From an uncultured delta proteobacterium (GTDB lineage: Bacteria; Desulfobacterota; Desulfobaccia; Desulfobaccales; 0-14-0-80-60-11): a stretch of DNA of 64,000 nucleotides. A program made the translations under genes and the position numbers. The notes under the pieces were generated by a model, which was not told the origin of the DNA, did not search any database, and saw only the letters and a program-made list of their open reading frames with translations. The DNA lies in contig CAWEFJ010000006.1 of the NCBI GenBank assembly GCA_963808395.1, forward strand, positions 38,845 through 102,844. The letters are read 5' to 3'. Every line of letters begins with the position of its first letter. Positions within the stretch are counted from its first letter, which is position 1. This document shows positions 31,837 through 41,451 of the stretch, piece by piece.

Positions 31837-32638
31837 TCAGTGGATGATTTTTCCAATCCGGTCCCAGCGCACCTGGAATTGGCTGGTGTCCCAGGAGAGG
31901 TGGTGGATCAGCCCATTCAGTCCCCCCAGTAAGCTTAAGAGGAATTTGGGCTCCCCGGGAGGCCCCTTCCAGGAGAAATAGATGATGGTGGCCTTCCCCT
32001 TGATGGCGTCCAGGTTCACGAAACCCCAAAAACGGCTGTCGAAGCTGCGGTCCCGGTTATCGCCCATGCAGAAATAGCAGTGCGGCGGGACCACCACCGG
32101 GCCGTAATTATCCCGGGGCGCCTGATCGGCCGGGATAAATTCTTCATGTCCGTTGCTGTCTTTGAAGATTGCCTGGGGTATTTTGAATTCCTGGTCGTTA
32201 ATGAAAACTTTTTTATTGATAACCTGCACTTTATCCCCGGGCAGGCCGATGACCCGCTTGATATAGTCTTTGGGTTCGATATAGGCCGGGTTATCGCGGT
32301 ACATACTGGTGGGCGGTTGATTGATATAGTCTTTGCTGGGATCCAGGGTGAAGATGAAGACCACCACGTCGCCCCGCTGGGGGGCGCCCAGGGGGACCAT
32401 TACCCGGTTGGTGAAGGGATTGCGGACGCCGTAGCTTAATCGGTTTACCAGGAGGTAATCCCCGATCAGCAGGGTGTTCTCCATGGACCCGGAGGGAATG
32501 GAAAAGGCCTCGAAAAGAAAGGCCCGGATGATCAGGGCCAGGATAATGGCGATGCCCAAGGCCTCGCCATACTTCGCGGAAGATGGATTTCTCCGCGGGA
32601 CGCGGGCGCGGGGCGGATTGCGGAAGTTTGGCGAACAA
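31837..32638 (-). CDS. lepB: signal peptidase I (one frame change near 32575)
   Basis: IPSGSMENTLLIGDYLLVNR...GDVVVF...YIKRVIGLPGD...GDNRDRSFDSRFWGFV. The N-terminal TM segment is in ORF 32291..32638 (TTG start). Confidence 0.88.
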
Positions 32639-32701
32639 TGTTTCTATTTTCCTTAAAATAATGGTAATGGGGCCAGCGGCTCCGGGCCGCGGCCGGATCC
32701 G

Positions 32702-32863
32702 TTAATCCATGGGGATGAATTGATCCTGGGGGGCGCCGCACACGGGGCAGACCCACTCCGGGGGCAGTTTTGCAAAGGGGGTGCCGGCAGGGACGCCGTT
32801 GTCCGGGTCACCCACGGCGGGATCGTAAACATAACCGCAAATCTGGCACTGATATTTCTGCAC
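32702..32863 (-). CDS. rubredoxin (53 aa; not in the supplied ORF track)
   Basis: Own translation of the minus strand: [53 protein letters not shown]. Two CxxC pairs are present. GTG start at 32863 is preceded by AAGGAG; TAA stop at 32702. Confidence 0.85.
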   Translation of the reverse strand: MQKYQCQICGYVYDPAVGDPDNGVPAGTPFAKLPPEWVCPVCGAPQDQFIPMD

Positions 32864-32873
32864 GGTGGACTCC

Positions 32874-33509
32874 TTATAAAGGGGATGTGACCCGGTTGAG
32901 TCTCCGGATCAGGGCCGGTGCGGCCGCGAAGGACTCGAGATGATGGGCCGCCTGGAGACGGGGGTTGCGGTAGGCCACCAGGGGCACCCCGGCATTGGCG
33001 GCAAAGTCCTGGTCCACCTCAGAGTCCCCGATATAGATGGCCTCCCGGGCCTGAAGACCGAAGTGGCCCAGGATGCGGGCAAAGGATTCCGGATCTGGCT
33101 TGGGGCGGGAGACGTCCTGGGCCGAAATCACCAGGTCAAAGCCCTCCGTCAAGCCGTGATAGCTAAGCACCGCCTGGGTAGTGGTGGTGCGATTGGTGGC
33201 CAGGGCGGTGAAACAGGCGGGGCGCAAAAAATCCAGGAATTCCCGGAGGTGCGGTTCTTCCACCATCATCGGGATAAAGGGCCGGTAATCGAAATTGCGG
33301 GCAAAATCGAAGACCGCCTCCAGGCGGGGATAGCCCTGGAAGAGATACGCCAGGGATTCCTGGACGGTATGGCTGTGGACATAATCCTCGGCCTGGGAGC
33401 TTAAGCGCGGGCGCTCAAAACGGGCCAGAATGGTATTATAAAAGGCGATGTTGGCCTGCCGGGAGTCGAACAAGACCCCATCGCAATCAAAGGCTACCAG
33501 CTTGATCAA
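32874..33509 (-). CDS. HAD-superfamily hydrolase (phosphoglycolate phosphatase-like, subfamily IA)
   Basis: [16 protein letters not shown]...ATNRTT...KPDPE...[17 protein letters not shown]. Confidence 0.85.
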   Translation of the reverse strand: MIKLVAFDCDGVLFDSRQANIAFYNTILARFERPRLSSQAEDYVHSHTVQESLAYLFQGYPRLEAVFDFARNFDYRPFIPMMVEEPHLREFLDFLRPACFTALATNRTTTTQAVLSYHGLTEGFDLVISAQDVSRPKPDPESFARILGHFGLQAREAIYIGDSEVDQDFAANAGVPLVAYRNPRLQAAHHLESFAAAPALIRRLNRVTSPL

Positions 33510-33674
33510 ACCACGTGTCCCGGAATAAAGAGAAATGAAGGCGTCCCCAGCTGCGGCGGGGGCGGAAACCCTGCTCAGGATCAGGATTTAACTCCTGATA
33601 AGTTAATTTGAAATCTCCGGGTTGTCAATAGCCCAGGCGCCGGAACCGGACCGGGTAAGGATGCCGGCAGGCTG

Positions 33675-33792
33675 CCAGGCCAGAGGCCCAGGCTACCAAG
33701 GCGGGTGGCATAGGCGTCGCCTGTGCAAAGTAGTGGTTCAGCCCAGGCCAGAGGCCCAGGCTACCAAGTACGGGTAGCCTAGGCGTCCCGCC
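33675..33792. repeat. two tandem ~50-69-nt hairpin-containing repeats
   Basis: CCAGGCCAGAGGCCCAGGCTACCAAG occurs at 33675-33700 and 33744-33769. Each is followed by a segment complementary to GGCTACC (for example GGTAGCCTAGGC). Confidence 0.8.
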
Positions 33793-33879
33793 GTGTGGTA
33801 TTTTCAGGAGAGCAGCTCGCTCCCCTTAAAAAAGAGCTTTTCCCTTGATTTTCAACCGGGTTTTTCCCAGAATGCAGGA

Positions 33880-34986
33880 ATGCCTACTACTTCCGTAAGC
33901 TCGCGGCTCTCGGCCCTGAGAAACCTGCTGTCGTCCCGGGAGGTGGACGCCCTCCTGGTCTCCGGCCCGGAGAACCGCCGTTATCTCAGCGGCTTCAGCG
34001 GGGAGGATCCCGATTGGGGATTGCTCCTCATCACCCAGGCCGCGGCGTTGCTCATCACCGATTGCCGCTACCAAATTTGGGCCCAGCGGGAAGCCGCGGC
34101 CTTTCGGATTGAGGTTTACCGGCACAACCTGGGGGACAGCCTGGCGGAGCTCCTTAAGGAGTTGGGGGTGCGCCGCCTGGGCTTCGAGGCGGCCCACTTG
34201 AGCTACCGGCAGTATCAGCGGCTGAGCGCCGCCGCGGCCGCGCAGGGCCTCCGGGTGGAGTGGGAGCCCCTGGAAGATTTGGTGGAAGAGCTGCGGGAAA
34301 CCAAGTCGCCGGATGAATTGGCGGCCATGCGCCGGGCTCTGGAACTGAGCGAGCTGGTCCTGCGCCGGGTGGCCGCGGCGCTGGCCCCGGGGAAGACAGA
34401 GCGCCAGGTGGCCTGGGAGATTGAAAAGGGTCTGCGGGAGGGGGGGGCGGAGGCCCTGGCCTTTCCACCCATCGTGGCCGCGGGGACCAACAGCGCCTGC
34501 CCCCACCACCAGCCGGGGGAGCGGGTCATCGAGGCCGGGGAACCCATCATCATCGATATGGGCGCCCGGCTGCACGGCTACTGCGCGGATATCACCCGCA
34601 CCTATCTCCTGGGACCTGCGGATGAGCGGTTCCAAGAGATTTACACCCTGGTGCGCCAGGCCCAGGCCCGGGCGGAGACGGGGCTCCGGGCCGGGATGGA
34701 CAGCCTGGCGGGAGACGCCCTGGCCCGGGAGGTGATCGCCGCGGCGGGCTACGGCGAGGCCTTCGGCCATTCCCTGGGTCACGGGGTGGGCCTGGGGATT
34801 CATGAAAACCCCTCCCTGAACCCGAACCCGGAGCGCCGCACCTTACTCAAGTCCGGCAGCGTCTTAACCGTGGAGCCGGGCATCTACCTGGCGGATTGGG
34901 GCGGGGTGCGCCTGGAGAATATGGTGTGGTTGCAGCCGCAGGGGGCGGAGGTCTTGAACCGTTATCAGGAGTTTTATAGATGGTGA
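33880..34986 (+). CDS. M24B family Xaa-Pro aminopeptidase/dipeptidase
   Basis: Creatinase-like N-domain (NRRYLSGFSG). Metal ligand pattern (IIDMGARLHGYCADITRT...HSLGHGVGLGIHENP...LTVEPGIY). Start taken at MPTTSV. Confidence 0.88.
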   Translation: MPTTSVSSRLSALRNLLSSREVDALLVSGPENRRYLSGFSGEDPDWGLLLITQAAALLITDCRYQIWAQREAAAFRIEVYRHNLGDSLAELLKELGVRRLGFEAAHLSYRQYQRLSAAAAAQGLRVEWEPLEDLVEELRETKSPDELAAMRRALELSELVLRRVAAALAPGKTERQVAWEIEKGLREGGAEALAFPPIVAAGTNSACPHHQPGERVIEAGEPIIIDMGARLHGYCADITRTYLLGPADERFQEIYTLVRQAQARAETGLRAGMDSLAGDALAREVIAAAGYGEAFGHSLGHGVGLGIHENPSLNPNPERRTLLKSGSVLTVEPGIYLADWGGVRLENMVWLQPQGAEVLNRYQEFYRW

Positions 34987-35161
34987 GGGGGGGTAATCCC
35001 GGCCCCTAAAAGGCGGACGCAGTTCATGTAGAACCGCCGCCCCCGGCGGTTCTAGCCTTTATGCAGGCGCCGCCGGGGGCGGCGGCGCTACATATTCCCC
35101 CCCTGCCATCCATCCCCGCCCCAACCAGGGATAATCGTCTAATTCCCTAACCAGACCCTGG

Positions 35162-35202
35162 TCCGATCTGGTTCCCAAGTTAAACTTGGGAACCAGATCG
35201 GA
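35162..35202. repeat. perfect palindrome family, copy 3 (20+1+20)
   Basis: TCCGATCTGGTTCCCAAGTT-A-AACTTGGGAACCAGATCGGA, about 70 nt upstream of the RNase II/R start. Confidence 0.95.
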
Positions 35203-35272
35203 TAATTTTTACGCCCAAGAGCAAAAACCCTCTGCGTTGACATTTCCGGGGATTCTGGTAATTTTGCCCCAC

Positions 35273-37264
35273 ATGGAACCCGGCAGCATCGTGGAATTTT
35301 TCGAGGAAAAGCGCATCCTTTGCGGCGTGGTCCTGGAGCTCAAAGGGGAGCGCCTGCATGTCCTGAGCCAGAACGGCCGGGAATTTACCCTGCCTCCCAA
35401 GCGTCTCTTGCACGCCGGGCCCTCTCTGCCCCTGAACCGATTAATCCGCCAGGATTTGCTGAAGCGTCTGGAGGAGACCGCCGGGAGGCGGGAAGTCCTG
35501 AAAGCCGCCATTAATCTGGAGGAGCTTTGGGAGCTGCTGGCCCCGGAGGACCATGCCGCCACCGTGACGGAGTTGGCCGAGCTGTGGTTCGGCCGCGCCT
35601 CCCCGGATGAAGTGGCGGCCACCGGGAGAAGGCTGCGGGAAGATCGGCTCCTTTTCAAGCTCCGGGACGAGCAGGTCGAGGCCAACCCGCCGGAGCTGGT
35701 GGCCCAACTGCGGCAGCAGCAGGAACGGGAAGCGGCCCGGCGGCGGCAACTGGCGGAGGTGGGCGCCTGGCTCCAGGCGGTCTGGGAGGGGCGGGAGCTT
35801 GCCCGGCACTATCCCTGGCGGGAAGAGGTGGTGGCGCTGCTGCGCCGGATGGCGGTTAGCGGCGCGGAGGCCCCGGACTATGACCAGGGCAAGGCTTATC
35901 TGGACCAGGCCGGCCTGAGCGCCGCTGCGGCCCCTTTCCGGCTGCTGGTGCGCCTGGGGGTCTTTCATGAAGATGAAGACCTGGAATTGCACCGCCTGGA
36001 AACGCCGGTGGAGTTTTCCCCCGCGGCCCTGGCTCAGAGCCGGCAACTGGCCAGTTCGCCTCCCGCTCCGGACCCGTACGCGGCCCGGCGCCGGGACCTG
36101 AGCCACCTGGCGCTGATCACCATCGACGGGGAGCACACCCGGGATTTCGATGACGCCCTCAGCCTGGAAGAGCTCCCGGAGGGCTGGCGTCTCGGCATCC
36201 ACATTTCCGATGTCTCCACCGTGGTCCAACCCGGCGCCCCCCTGGATCAGGAAGCCGGGGAACGGGGCAGTTCCATCTATCTGCCGGAACGGCGCCTGCC
36301 CATGCTGCCGGAGGAGATTTCCGAAGACCTCTTGAGCCTCCTGGCCCACCGCCCCCGCCGGGCCCTGAGCTTCATGGTGACCCTGAGCCCGGAGGCGGAG
36401 GTCCTGGATTGGGCCATCGAACCCAGTCTCATCCAGGTGAGCCGCAGGCTGACTTACCACGAGGTGGAGGCCCTGATTCAACAGGAGCGAACCCTGGCGG
36501 TTCTCTCCCGGTTGACCCGGAGGCTCAAGGAGGAGCGCCTGGCCCAGGGCGGCTACGAGCTGCTACTGCCTGAGGTTTGGGTGATGTTCGGCCCCCAGGG
36601 GGAGTTGCAGGTGTCGGTGGAGGACCAGGAGACTTCCAGCCGCCAATTGGTGGCGGAGGCCATGGTGCTGGCCAATTCCCTGGCGGCCCGCTTTCTGGCC
36701 GACCGGGGCATCCCCGCCATCTATCGCAGCCAGCCGGAGCCCCGGGAACCTATTCAGCCAAAGGAGCACAAGGGTCTGTTGGAATTATGGCGGGACCGGC
36801 GCAGTCTCAGCCGGGTGGTAATGGGCGTTTCGCCCCTGCCCCACTGGGGTCTGGGGTTGAGCTGCTATACCCTGGCCACTTCCCCCATCCGCCGCTACCT
36901 GGACCTCTTGATCCACCGCCAGCTTCTGGCGGCCCTGAGCGATACCCCGCCCCCCTATGGCCGCCAGGACCTGGAGCAAATCCTGCCGCGGCTGGAGCCG
37001 GCCATGCGCCGGGGTGGCAGGCTTAAGGCCCGGCGGCTGCGCTATTGGCTGCTGAAGTACCTGGCGGCCCGGCTGGGACAGAAGAAGGAGGCCCTGGTGC
37101 TGGAGTCCTTGCCCCACCGGTACCGCCTCATCTTCCCCGACCTGTTGCTGGAGTTGTTTATGACGGCGCCCCCCGGTCTGCGGCTCTCCCCCGGGGACAC
37201 CGTCCTGGTGCGGCTGGACCGGGTTTCACCCCGGGAGGACCAGATCAAGGTGTCGCTGGCCTAA
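35273..37264 (+). CDS. RNase II/R family 3'-5' exoribonuclease
   Basis: RNB domain (ITIDGEHTRDFDDALSLE...SIYLPERRLPMLPE...SPIRRYLDLLIHRQL) and a C-terminal S1-like tail. Start taken at MEPGSIVEFF. Confidence 0.88.
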   Translation: MEPGSIVEFFEEKRILCGVVLELKGERLHVLSQNGREFTLPPKRLLHAGPSLPLNRLIRQDLLKRLEETAGRREVLKAAINLEELWELLAPEDHAATVTELAELWFGRASPDEVAATGRRLREDRLLFKLRDEQVEANPPELVAQLRQQQEREAARRRQLAEVGAWLQAVWEGRELARHYPWREEVVALLRRMAVSGAEAPDYDQGKAYLDQAGLSAAAAPFRLLVRLGVFHEDEDLELHRLETPVEFSPAALAQSRQLASSPPAPDPYAARRRDLSHLALITIDGEHTRDFDDALSLEELPEGWRLGIHISDVSTVVQPGAPLDQEAGERGSSIYLPERRLPMLPEEISEDLLSLLAHRPRRALSFMVTLSPEAEVLDWAIEPSLIQVSRRLTYHEVEALIQQERTLAVLSRLTRRLKEERLAQGGYELLLPEVWVMFGPQGELQVSVEDQETSSRQLVAEAMVLANSLAARFLADRGIPAIYRSQPEPREPIQPKEHKGLLELWRDRRSLSRVVMGVSPLPHWGLGLSCYTLATSPIRRYLDLLIHRQLLAALSDTPPPYGRQDLEQILPRLEPAMRRGGRLKARRLRYWLLKYLAARLGQKKEALVLESLPHRYRLIFPDLLLELFMTAPPGLRLSPGDTVLVRLDRVSPREDQIKVSLA

Positions 37265-37302
37265 AGAGCCGGCAGGAACGAGCTGAGCCCCTGAAATGCC
37301 GT
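37256..37302. repeat. left copy of the 47/48-nt direct repeat (includes the last two codons and stop of the RNase II/R gene)
   Basis: CTGGCCTAAAGAGCCGGCAGGAACGAGCTGAGCCCCTGAAATGCCGT. Confidence 0.95.
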
Positions 37303-37560
37303 TTAAATTAGAAATTAGGATCGCTGACCACGCGGGTCTTTGGGTAATATCAGAAGTGAGATAAAAAATAGATATGAGGTAGAGATCAGCAGCAATATCG
37401 CGGAAGGCTGGGAGCAAATAGATAGCAGTTATCGGGGATTACTCCGTCGAGAGGCATGAGGATTCCGTGGCGGTGGAGCGAAAGGAAGGGAGAGGGCGAA
37501 GGATTAAGCTCACTTGCCGCTATGGAGCGCAGCGAAGTGGCGATCAGGTGGAGCGCCTTG

Positions 37561-38872
37561 TTAGGGAATACATTTTCTGAGCGTACCCTTTACCCAATCA
37601 GGCATTGACCAAAAGAACAGGTAGAGCAGACCAAAAAAAACGCCCCAGTTAGATAGTTCATCAAGCACAAAACTTACATAACCGCCATACGGTAGATGGT
37701 GTGTAATTTTGATTATCAGTAGATACCATTGCGATAGAAATATGAATGACACAATGACCATAGAACCCAATGAAATATCGCGAATGTAACATTTTCCCCA
37801 TACGACCAGCTGAGGGATGGTGAGTATGAGGAACATGAGTCTGTAATCCCAGTTATTGCCCAGCAGGAATGTTCCCAAATAAATTGCAGTTCCTGCTCTA
37901 AATGCATCGAGATACTCTGCTTCGCTTTGACTTTCTGTTAGAAAGTCATCGCGGAGCAAGGAAGTAAACGCGAACCATAACGCCAACAAAACTATTAGGT
38001 AGGATAAAAACCTTGCATACCATCCTAACGTATGATTGAAACTCATTGCTTTCATCCAAAATACATCTAATCCATAAGACAGGCTTATGCTTCTTGGTGT
38101 TGCATCTCTAATCAATGAAATGTCCGAATAAGTTAGAAATATATAACTAGCGATGAAGGCAACAGAAAATTAAAACATATCTCAAAAACAATGGTCGGAT
38201 TGCTCTAAGTAAAACTGCACACCCAAAAATAGGATATAGTTTCAAGACGAACCCAAGCAAGACAGCTAAGGCAGATAATATGTGCCACCTTTTAATTGCT
38301 ACAACTGATATAGTGACAAGAAAAAACATAAATAAATCAATATTACCCCGCTCGATACCCAATAAAGTGGCTGGAGACAAAACAGCTGCCATAACAAGCA
38401 CGATAATTATATTGCTGGCATGTGGTAATAATAAGCAGATACTAACCATAAATAACAAAATAAAACTAATTCCTATGTATGTTGTATGACTTTGATTAAC
38501 ACCAATTGAATATAAGCTTTGCCAAACTCTGGGGTAATTTAGTCTTCTTTGCCAAGGGTCTCCAGGATTCTCAATCATTGGATCAAACCCTTGTGCGTAT
38601 GATTCTGCGCCGCCGGTAATAACGCGAAGATCAGCAAAATGCGGAGACATTGTGGGGATATTCCATAGCCTCCATGTCCTATCGTAACCGTATAAACTAA
38701 ATAGCAATCCAAAAACCAGCGTTACTAAAACGCAAGCCAATATTACTTTCCTTCTTGATATCCATATTGTTGCCCAAACAATAATTAGATTGATCCCGAT
38801 AAGATGTGGAGATTCGGTTTTCTGTCCGTATAAGACGCCATTGTATCGCGTCTTCCAATGACCATAAATCAT
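37561..38872 (-). CDS. AT-rich polytopic membrane protein, GT-C-like (possible glycosyltransferase or polymerase-type); one frame change near 38125-38150
   Basis: ORFs 38147..38872 and 37561..38115 join. The frame carrying AFIASYIFLTYSDISLIRDATPRS is open across the listed stop, and a TTTT run lies at the junction. The protein has many hydrophobic segments and a loop FADLRVITGGAESYAQGFDPMIENPGDPWQRRLNYPRVWQ. The function call is weak. Confidence 0.55.
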
Positions 38873-39293
38873 GATATATCATTGGCTTGCATCGAGGCTG
38901 CCCCCTTATCACGGTTCTTCGGACCTCTTTGCCCGGAAAAATCCCCCAAAGTTTCTGTTCTTGAAGCTGAATCCTCTGTCGACGCCATGATAGCACAAGT
39001 TTCCTTGGAAAAATATCTTTGCTGTGGAGCTTACTGACCCCAGGCCAGCACTGATCGGTGGTGGTGAGCCGGGGAAAGGGCTGCGGTGAGATACGCATAC
39101 CAGCCCCTTTGAGAAGCAGGATTAAAAAATAGCAGATCACTTGCCAGAGCGACAATTATCCCCAAGCCCATAAAAATTGCGGATATTCCCCGGATATACC
39201 TTCTAACTTTTCGCCGGCTCCGTGGTCTTTACCATTGAAAGCCTGGATTCGATCCTCTTTCCGGAAACCTAGCAAAACACCAGGGAGGGAACC

Positions 39294-40259
39294 ATGTTAT
39301 CTCCGCAGCAAGCCTTAATTGTGGCGGCGTCCTTGTTGCTCTTCTGGGGCGCAGGGCAAGCCGGGGCGGGCCAGGGGGGCCTCTCCGCGGCTGACTCTGA
39401 CTTTCAAAGGGTTAAAACCAGAGTCGCCGAACTGCAAGAGGATATCTCCACCATTAATCTCTTAAACGGACTTAACCTCTCCCAGGACCAGGAGAAGCAA
39501 ATCCTGCAATTGGCCCAGGAGGCCCGCCAGGTCCGGGAACGGGCCACCATCAATTCGCCCTCCCTCCTGGAGGCCATGCGGCAGGCTGAAACCTCCTACG
39601 CCAACCTTAAAGAAGAGATCGAGAAAGGCGCGCCGGCCAGGGGTCAGATTCCCACCCAGGCAGCCCAGGTCAATCATCACCTGAAGGAGTTGCAAGACCA
39701 GGGCAACCGGCAGATGTCCACGGAGTTCAGCGCCCTGGAGGGGAAGCTCAGGGGGGTGCTGAGCCCCGAACAGCTCCAGGTGGTGGAAGATTTCAGCCCC
39801 TGCCTGATCCCTCCGGTGGATTTGCGCTCGCCGGTGCGGGCCGGCCAGGCCGCCTCCAACCAGGGAAGCGTAAACCTGCTGCGGCGGTTGCGGGCGATAC
39901 CCGAGGATAAATGGCAGGCGCGGCGGCGAATGATCGCCCAGAAGATTGTGAATAATATCAATGAAAACCATTACCGGATGACCGAAGCCGAAAAGACCGC
40001 GGCGGAAGCCCGCCTCCTGGCGGTGTTGGACCAGGCGCGGCAGATGTCGGATATGGATTTTGAGCTGGCCAAAGAAAAACTGGCCGCGCAGATTGCGCCC
40101 CCAGACAAAATTAAGAACCTGCGGAATGAAATCGAAGCGCGCCTGCCTCATGCGAGAAGGCCGCAAATGTCCCGGTTGGGACGCTCTTTGCTCAGCGACA
40201 ATATTATTCCCATCCTGGAGCAGCGCCTCGCCAACAACAACCTGGCAGAGGCGCGCTAA
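39294..40259 (+). CDS. secreted helical protein with LTxxQ-like motifs (CpxP/Spy-like periplasmic protein)
   Basis: Signal peptide MLSPQQALIVAASLLLFWGAGQAGA. Motifs LNLSQDQEKQI and LSPEQLQVV. RBS is GGGAGGG. Confidence 0.6.
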   Translation: MLSPQQALIVAASLLLFWGAGQAGAGQGGLSAADSDFQRVKTRVAELQEDISTINLLNGLNLSQDQEKQILQLAQEARQVRERATINSPSLLEAMRQAETSYANLKEEIEKGAPARGQIPTQAAQVNHHLKELQDQGNRQMSTEFSALEGKLRGVLSPEQLQVVEDFSPCLIPPVDLRSPVRAGQAASNQGSVNLLRRLRAIPEDKWQARRRMIAQKIVNNINENHYRMTEAEKTAAEARLLAVLDQARQMSDMDFELAKEKLAAQIAPPDKIKNLRNEIEARLPHARRPQMSRLGRSLLSDNIIPILEQRLANNNLAEAR

Positions 40260-40272
40260 AGGAGAGCCGGTG

Positions 40273-41451
40273 ATGGACCTGAAGCTGATGGAGCCCGGAA
40301 GCCGCCGCGCCTTCCTGGCCTGGACGGGCCGCCTGGGTCTGAGTGCGGCCCTGGCGCCCGTGGCCTGGCAGGCGCTGCAGGTCTTGGGCCTGCTGGCTGG
40401 AGAGCAAGCACAGGCGGCACCCTTACCCCTCCAGCCAGGACCGGCCCCGGCCCGCTATTATACCCGGCTGGAAGGGGGTAAAGTGCAGTGCCAGTTGTGC
40501 CCCCGCCACGAAGTTCTGGCCCCGGGGCAGATGGGCTTTTGCCGCGTCCGGCAGAATCTCGGCGGGGTGATGATGACCCATGCCTATGGTCAGCCGTGTG
40601 TCCTGAACCTCGACCCCATCGGCAAGAATCCCCTGGGCCATTTTTACCCGGAGATGACGGTGCTGGCCCTGGCCCATGCCGGTTGCAACCTGCGCTGCCT
40701 CTATTGCCAAAACTGGCAGTTTTCCCAGAAAAGCCCCACCCAGACGAAAAATATCGTCCCCTTCGATTTCCGGCAAACCGCGGCCAGGATGCAATCCAGG
40801 CGCATGGGCGGGGTAAGTTTCACCTACACCGAAGCTGACTGCGCCCCGGAATTCGCGGGAGATTTCGCGGGATTCTGCGGCCAGTTTGGCCTCCAACGCA
40901 CCCTGTGCACTTCCGGTTACCTGAGAAAACAGCCCTTCCAAGACCTGCTGCGGAACTTCGAGGCGGTGACCATCACCTACAAGGGCGCCACTGATGATTT
41001 TTACCAGCGGGTGGTGGGAGGCAACCTGAATCCGGTCCTGGAATCCATGGTGCTGGCCAAAACCGAGGGCAAGTGGCTGGAGGTGGCCACGCTCATTGTA
41101 CCCACCCTCAATGATAGCCGGGAGGGGTTGACCGCGATGGCCCGCTGGCTCAAGGGCAACCTGGGGGCCGAGACTCCCTGGCATCTGGAGCGGTTCGACC
41201 CCCAGTTTAAACTGATGAACCTGCCACCCACGCCCCAGCAAACCCTGGAAACCGCCAGGCAAATCGGCCTGGATGCCGGCCTGAAGTTCGTATATATCTC
41301 CAACCTGGCCCCGCACCCGGGCAATCACACTTATTGCCCCTCCTGCAGCCGGGTGTTGGTCAAGCGCCTGGGCTTTAAGGTGCTGGAAAATCACCTGGTC
41401 CATGGGGCTTGCCCTTACTGCGGGACCAGGATTCCAGGCGTCTGGGCTTGA
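40273..41451 (+). CDS. AmmeMemoRadiSam-type (AmrS-like) radical SAM enzyme with an N-terminal twin-arginine signal
   Basis: Tat motif SRRAFLAWTGRLGLSAALAPVAW...AQA. AmrS-like N-terminal motif VQCQLCPRHEVLAPGQMGFCRVRQN. Radical SAM CNLRCLYCQNW. C-terminal CPSCSRVLVKRLGFKV...GACPYCGTRIPGVW. Confidence 0.85.
   Translation: MDLKLMEPGSRRAFLAWTGRLGLSAALAPVAWQALQVLGLLAGEQAQAAPLPLQPGPAPARYYTRLEGGKVQCQLCPRHEVLAPGQMGFCRVRQNLGGVMMTHAYGQPCVLNLDPIGKNPLGHFYPEMTVLALAHAGCNLRCLYCQNWQFSQKSPTQTKNIVPFDFRQTAARMQSRRMGGVSFTYTEADCAPEFAGDFAGFCGQFGLQRTLCTSGYLRKQPFQDLLRNFEAVTITYKGATDDFYQRVVGGNLNPVLESMVLAKTEGKWLEVATLIVPTLNDSREGLTAMARWLKGNLGAETPWHLERFDPQFKLMNLPPTPQQTLETARQIGLDAGLKFVYISNLAPHPGNHTYCPSCSRVLVKRLGFKVLENHLVHGACPYCGTRIPGVWA

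Noticed and set aside
33826-36481. Minus-strand ORFs 33826..34803 and 35441..36481
   Set aside because: Antisense to the M24 peptidase and RNase II/R genes; no motifs.
38697-39155. 152-aa minus-strand ORF upstream of the AT-rich membrane protein
   Set aside because: It overlaps the start of the better-supported membrane-protein frame. It has no RBS or domain evidence. It might hide an N-terminal extension if another indel exists, but I cannot show that.
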